Assembly (NCBI GenBank): GCA_040386535.1
Contig: JAZKFH010000037.1
Span: 10,430-74,429 of the forward strand
DNA length: 64,000 bases
Origin: Myxococcota bacterium
GTDB lineage: Bacteria; Myxococcota_A; UBA796; SXON01
Reading direction: 5' to 3'
Shown: piece after piece, positions 59,155 to 64,000 of the stretch
How positions within the stretch are numbered: the stretch's first letter is position 1
Layout: each line of letters starts with the position of its first letter
Position numbers and translations under genes: made by a program
Notes under the pieces: model-generated
What the model was told of the DNA's origin: nothing
Database searches by the model: none
The model's input: the letters and a program-made list of their open reading frames with translations, nothing else

Positions 59155-61242
59155 CTACACTTGCGTCGGAGGTGCCCCCGGCGGAGGGGTGCTCGCGCGG
59201 CTGCGTGCGTAGCTGCGTACGGTCGAGACCAGCACCCGCATGTCGATGGGCTTGGACAGGTGGGCCACCATCCCCGACGCGAGGCAACGCAGGCGCTCCT
59301 CGTCCATCGCGTGGGCGGTCAGGCCGATCACCGGAAGGGTCGGCGCGAAGGTGCGGATCTTCCGCGCCAGGGTGTGCCCGTCCATCACGGGCATCTGGAT
59401 GTCCGTCAGCACCAGATCGAACGCCTGCTCGCCCTCCCGCTCGAGCACCGCGAACGCGGCGGCGCCGTCCTCGGCGAGGGTGAGCTGCGCGCCTTCGAGG
59501 CGGAGCATCTCCCCGAGCAGGAGCCGATTGGCCATGTTGTCCTCGGCGCCGAGCACCCGGATGCCCTGGAGGCGGTTGCTCGCCCGGTAGGGGGTCCCGG
59601 CGGGGGGCATCTCCTCGACCGGCGGCGCCACCTCCACGGGCGGCTCGTCGTCGGAGGCCGCGGGCGGAGGCTCGGCGAGCGCGGCCGTGGGCGGGTTGAC
59701 CTCGTCGAGGGGGAGGTGCACGGTGACGGTGCTCCCCACGCCGAACGTGCTCCTGACCTCGATCGAGCCCTTCATCAGCTCGACCAGCCGGCGGGTGATC
59801 GCCATCCCGAGCCCCGTGCCGCCGAAGCGGCGTGTGGTCGAGGTGTCGGCCTGCTCGAAGGGCAGGAACAGCCTTCCCAGCTGCTCGTCCGTCATGCCGA
59901 TGCCCGTGTCGGTGACGCGGAGCCGCAGCCCCTCAGCTCGGGTCAGGCCGTCGGCGCTCTCCACGGTGAACGTGACGCTCCCGCGCTCCGTGAACTTCAC
60001 GGCGTTCGAGAGGAGGTTGACCAGCACCTGGGACATGCGCAGCGCATCGCCCCGCACCCAGCCCGGCAGGCCCGGGCCGAGCTCCAGGCGCAGGCCGATC
60101 CCGGCGGCGCGGGCGTTCGCGTCCATCATCTCCATCGTCTCCCGGACGAGCCTCGCCAGCTCGACCGGCTCTTCGGCGAGGTGCAGCATCCCCGCCTCGA
60201 TCTTGGACACATCGAGGATGTCGTCGAGCACGCCGAGCAGGTGGCGCCCGGACCCGAGGATGCGGGTGTACGTCGCGCGGTCCCGGGTCCCGTCGCTCTG
60301 GATCCAGCCGATCTGGGCGTGCCCCAGGATGGCGTTCAGCGGGGTGCGGATCTCATGGCTCATGTTGGCGAGGAAATCGCTCTTCACGCGGGAGAGGCGC
60401 TCGGCCTCCGCCGTGCGGGCGGCCACCACCTCTTCGAGGTGCTCCTTGTGGGAGCGGAGCGCCTGCTGGCTCTCGGTGAGGGCCGTCTCCATGAGCTTGC
60501 GGATCGTGATGTCCTCGGCCACGGACACGAAGTGTCGGAGCGCGCCGGTGTGGTCCCGCACCGGCGTGATGGTCGTGTACTGGGTGTACACCTCGCCGTC
60601 CTTCCGGCGGTTGATGAGCTCCCCGCGCCAGGTCCGGCCGCTCGCGATGGTCTCCCAGAGGTGCACGTAGGTGTCCGCGGGCTCGAGCCCCGAGCGGAGG
60701 AAGCGGGGGTTCTTGCCTTGCACCTCGTCGAGCGTGAACCCGATGAGGGCGGCGGAGGCCGCGTTGATCCACTCGATCGAGCCCCGCGGATCGGTGATCA
60801 TCACGGCGTTCGCGGCGGCGTTCATCGCGGTGTCCACCATGCGGAGCCGGGCTTCGGCCTGGCGCCGGGCCACCCGGCCCCACGCCTCGCGCAGGCTGCG
60901 ATCGATGATGGGGACCAGCCGGATGAGGTTGTCCTTCAGGACGAAGTCCCACAGGCCCTGCTTGAGCAGGTCGACCGCCGTCTCTTCGCCGACGCTCCCC
61001 GACACGAGGATCACCGGCACGTCGGGCTGGGCCTCCTGGAACTTCACGAGCAGGTCGAGGAAGTGGAGCCCGGGGATCGAGTAGTCCGACAGGATCACGC
61101 CCCACCGTTGGGTGGTGAGCGCGGCGTCGATTCCCGCCTGGTCGGACACCCAGTGGCAGCGGGAGGCGACTCCCCGTTGCAACAGGTGCCGTTGGATGAG
61201 GAGGAAGTCGGCGCGAACGTCCTCCACCACCAGGATGTCCAT
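59155..61242 (-). CDS. Hybrid histidine kinase (REC-PAS-HisKA-HATPase-REC)
   Basis: ILVVED; PAS; FLANMSHEIRTPLN; FGGTGLG; DIQMP. Confidence 0.94.
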   Translation of the reverse strand: MDILVVEDVRADFLLIQRHLLQRGVASRCHWVSDQAGIDAALTTQRWGVILSDYSIPGLHFLDLLVKFQEAQPDVPVILVSGSVGEETAVDLLKQGLWDFVLKDNLIRLVPIIDRSLREAWGRVARRQAEARLRMVDTAMNAAANAVMITDPRGSIEWINAASAALIGFTLDEVQGKNPRFLRSGLEPADTYVHLWETIASGRTWRGELINRRKDGEVYTQYTTITPVRDHTGALRHFVSVAEDITIRKLMETALTESQQALRSHKEHLEEVVAARTAEAERLSRVKSDFLANMSHEIRTPLNAILGHAQIGWIQSDGTRDRATYTRILGSGRHLLGVLDDILDVSKIEAGMLHLAEEPVELARLVRETMEMMDANARAAGIGLRLELGPGLPGWVRGDALRMSQVLVNLLSNAVKFTERGSVTFTVESADGLTRAEGLRLRVTDTGIGMTDEQLGRLFLPFEQADTSTTRRFGGTGLGMAITRRLVELMKGSIEVRSTFGVGSTVTVHLPLDEVNPPTAALAEPPPAASDDEPPVEVAPPVEEMPPAGTPYRASNRLQGIRVLGAEDNMANRLLLGEMLRLEGAQLTLAEDGAAAFAVLEREGEQAFDLVLTDIQMPVMDGHTLARKIRTFAPTLPVIGLTAHAMDEERLRCLASGMVAHLSKPIDMRVLVSTVRSYARSRASTPPPGAPPTQV

Positions 61243-61246
61243 GCGC

Positions 61247-61684
61247 TTAGCCCTTCATCGGGGCGTTGGTCGCCACCCAGTACACGCCGAGCCGCGCGAC
61301 GGTCTCCGCGAAGGCGGCGAAGTCGAGGGGCTTGCGGACGAAGCTGTTCGCGCCGCCCTCGTAGCTCCGCAGCCGGTCCCGCTCCTCGTCCGAGGAGGTG
61401 AGAATGACGACAGGCAGGTACCGGGTGCGATCGTCGGCGCGGAGCCGCGCGAGCACCTCGAGGCCCGACAGGCGGGGCAGATTGATGTCGAGCAGCACGG
61501 CGACAGGCAGCTCGGGCCCCTCCCGATCGGCGAACTCGCCCTGGCGGAACAGGTAGTCGAGCGCCTGCTGGCCGTCCCTCACGACGTCCACCTGGTTGGC
61601 CAGGTTCACCTTGCTGAACGACCGCAGGATCAACTTCTCGTCCTGGGGGTCGTCCTCGACGAGGAGCAGGGTCTTCTGGCGCAT
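61247..61684 (-). CDS. Single-domain response regulator (Rcp1-like)
   Basis: LLVEDD, LLDINLP, ILTSS, GANSFVRKP. Confidence 0.93.
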   Translation of the reverse strand: MRQKTLLLVEDDPQDEKLILRSFSKVNLANQVDVVRDGQQALDYLFRQGEFADREGPELPVAVLLDINLPRLSGLEVLARLRADDRTRYLPVVILTSSDEERDRLRSYEGGANSFVRKPLDFAAFAETVARLGVYWVATNAPMKG

Positions 61685-61694
61685 GACGCTCACC

Positions 61695-63302
61695 TTACGT
61701 CACTCCAGAACGGGCCGCTAAAGTAGATTCCGACGCAGCCCCGGGATCGGGCGGGGAGGCGGGGAGGGTGAGCGTGAACCGGGCTCCTTCGCCCGGGGAG
61801 GCGGTGGCACGGATGGTCCCTCCGTGCCGGGTGAGGATGCGCTGGACCGTGGCGAGGCCGATGCCGAGGCCCGTGAACTCCTCCTGGCGGTGCAGCCGCT
61901 GGAAGGGCTTGAAGAGCCGCTCGGCGTGGTCCATGTGGAAGCCGGCGCCGTTGTCCGAGATGCTGATGGCGCCGTCCTCCTCGCGGTACAGGCGCACGCG
62001 TGGCGCGGGGGACTGTTGCGTGTACTTCCACGCGTTGTCGAGCAGGTTTCGCAGGACCAACTCGAGCATCGTGGGGTCACCGTTGACCGTGATGCCCGGC
62101 TCGATCTCCCAGGTGACGGTGCGTGCCGGCTCGGCGCGCTCCAGATCCAGGCGGATCGCGAGCGCGAGGGCCGACAGATCCACCTCCTCGCGACGGAGTT
62201 GGCCCCCGCGGGTGCTGCGCGAGAGCCGGAGGAGCCCGTCGACGAGGGCGCCCATGCGGCGGGACGCGATGCGGATCTCGTCCAGGTACGCGCGCGCTTC
62301 GGGCGCGAGGGCCTCCGCGAAGTCCTCCTGCAGGGCCTGCGAGAAGCCGTTCAGGGCGCGCAACGGCGCGCGCAGATCGTGCGACACGGCGTAGGCGAAG
62401 CTGTCGAGCTCCTGGTTGGCGGCGCGTAGCTCGGCGGTGCGCTCCTCCACGCGGCGCTCGAGGTCGGCGTTCAGGGCCCGGATCTGCTCGTCGGCCTGGG
62501 CGCGGGCGGCGACCAGCGCAGCCTCGCTCTCCCGCCGCTCGGTCGCGTCGATGATCGCCAGGATGCCGATCGTGGAGACGCCGGCGCTATCCCTCGCGAG
62601 GCACCCGCTGTAGCTGAAGCAGCGTGTCCCTCGCGAGCCCAGGCCGTCGAGGCGGCGGATGCAGAGCTCCACCCCCCGAAGGGTCTCCCCGCGCAGGATC
62701 CGCATGAGTGGCCACTCGTGGAACGGCAACACCCGGCCGTCGACGGACGCCATCTCGTAGATGTCCTGGAAGCCCGAGAGCGCTCCGACCACCTCGGCCA
62801 TGCTGGAGAAGCCGTGCATCTCCAGGGCGGTCGGGTTCCAATACACGAGGTCGCCCTGGGGCGTACAGGTGACGATGCCCTCGTTCAGCTCGTCGAAGAT
62901 GAGCTGGAGGTGGGTACGTGAGGCGCGGAGCTCGGTCTCCATGCGCTTTCGTTCGGTGATGTCGTGCGAGATGCCGTACACCCCGACGATGGCGCCGCTC
63001 GCGTCGCGCACGGGGCCCTTGGAGGCGAGGTAGGTGCGCACCCCGTCGGCGTGCTCCACGTCTTCTTCCGCGGTCCGCACCTGCCCGTCCGTGAGCACGG
63101 CCCGGTCGAGCGCCATCCGCGCCTTCACGCCCGCGGAGGGGAACACCGCGGCGTCGTCGCGCCCGAGCACCTCGTCGATCGGCTTGCCGAGCCGGGCGAG
63201 CGCCGCGCCGTTCACGTACACGTAGCGGCCGAGCGCATCCTTCACGAAGACGGCGTCGCTGGTCGCGTCGACCACGGCGCGCAGGAGATCCCGGTCGTCC
63301 AT
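61695..63302 (-). CDS. PAS-PAS histidine kinase
   Basis: Two PAS domains; FAYAVSHDLRAPLR; DNGAGF; GLGIGL. Confidence 0.93.
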   Translation of the reverse strand: MDDRDLLRAVVDATSDAVFVKDALGRYVYVNGAALARLGKPIDEVLGRDDAAVFPSAGVKARMALDRAVLTDGQVRTAEEDVEHADGVRTYLASKGPVRDASGAIVGVYGISHDITERKRMETELRASRTHLQLIFDELNEGIVTCTPQGDLVYWNPTALEMHGFSSMAEVVGALSGFQDIYEMASVDGRVLPFHEWPLMRILRGETLRGVELCIRRLDGLGSRGTRCFSYSGCLARDSAGVSTIGILAIIDATERRESEAALVAARAQADEQIRALNADLERRVEERTAELRAANQELDSFAYAVSHDLRAPLRALNGFSQALQEDFAEALAPEARAYLDEIRIASRRMGALVDGLLRLSRSTRGGQLRREEVDLSALALAIRLDLERAEPARTVTWEIEPGITVNGDPTMLELVLRNLLDNAWKYTQQSPAPRVRLYREEDGAISISDNGAGFHMDHAERLFKPFQRLHRQEEFTGLGIGLATVQRILTRHGGTIRATASPGEGARFTLTLPASPPDPGAASESTLAARSGVT

Positions 63303-63449
63303 CAACCGCGTGCCCGCTGGTCGCGACGGCTCGCGGCACTGCGTGTGATGCTGCAAAATGAACGATTCAACGCTTGCTCCGGCGGGGCCGCCGGTACGTT
63401 ACCTCATCGCCGCGGCCACCACAATCACCGGTGATGACCGCGCGCCGGC

Positions 63450-64000
63450 CTACTCCTCCGTGCACGCGATGGACGTCTCGCCCGACCACCCCGGATAGGG
63501 GCGCGCCTGCTTGACGTACAGCGTGGGCGTGCCCGGCGTGAGCTTGTCGTCGAACTTCCACTCCACGTCGATCGCGTACCAGCCGTCGCCGCCGTAGGGC
63601 TCCGCGAAGAAGCGGTGGATGGAGTCGAGCGCCACGGCGAGGTCGTACGCCTCGTCGGTCGTGAGCACGGTCTCGCCTTCGGGGACGAGCGTGCTGTGTT
63701 GGATGTACACGATCGGCTGGCCGGGGCTGTAGTAGTAGTGGAGCCACGCGTCGGAGAGCACGCCGGGCTCCGGCGCGACGACATCCTCGCCGCCCTCCTG
63801 CCCGTTCACGTAGAACGCGGGCTCGAGCCCCGTCGTGTCGTACGGGTTGTTGGTGATCGCCACGCCGTTGGCCTCTTCCTCGGGGAAGTTGGCGTGCACG
63901 AGCAGGCCCATGCCGACATCGAGGTGGTTCATCGAGTAGTACGCCCGCTCCTCGTAGGCGCGGGGGTTCCACACCTGGGACCACACCTTCTTCACGGCCC
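63450..64000 (-). CDS. PEP/pyruvate-binding (PPDK_N-like) domain protein, C-terminal part; starts beyond the window
   Basis: VKKVWSQVWNPRAY..MGLLV..ANGVAIT..DVEWKF..YVKQARPY. Confidence 0.8.
   Translation of the reverse strand, partial: AVKKVWSQVWNPRAYEERAYYSMNHLDVGMGLLVHANFPEEEANGVAITNNPYDTTGLEPAFYVNGQEGGEDVVAPEPGVLSDAWLHYYYSPGQPIVYIQHSTLVPEGETVLTTDEAYDLAVALDSIHRFFAEPYGGDGWYAIDVEWKFDDKLTPGTPTLYVKQARPYPGWSGETSIACTEE

Noticed and set aside
59155..63302. Kinase-regulator-hybrid kinase triplet as a novel or light-sensing system
   Set aside because: A common Cph1/Rcp1-like arrangement; no GAF-PHY domain or LOV (NCRFLQ) motif seen.

Overview
Very GC-rich bacterial DNA, most likely Myxococcota (MYXO-CTERM tail, AgmX/PglI-type TonB_C domains, DTDTD-linker lipoproteins, DCDD-repeat and FG-GAP surface proteins). 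About 47 plausible coding regions, mostly envelope and signalling genes, plus rsmE, an AbgT transporter, an ABC exporter, YeiH and two two-component clusters. No rRNA, CRISPR array, integrase or transposase was seen. Main points of interest: (1) two paralogous, oppositely oriented 4-gene cassettes [Pro/Ala-stalked beta-barrel protein]-[ECF sigma]-[FecR anti-sigma]-[variable surface lipoprotein], resembling cell-surface signalling without a TonB-dependent receptor; (2) a near-identical, gene-precise duplicate of a lipoprotein gene with a 415-bp internal deletion, bracketing a 5.8-kb segment that carries a nucleotidyltransferase-like candidate effector and a dockerin-cohesin-like lipoprotein; (3) an acyltransferase paired with an adenylate-forming ligase fused to a metal TIM barrel; (4) a non-canonical tRNA-like element behind an extended -10 motif; (5) two dispersed repeat families, one flanking an orphan gene as inverted copies and one embedded in-frame in a CDS. 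All family calls come from recognising motifs by eye; no searches were run.
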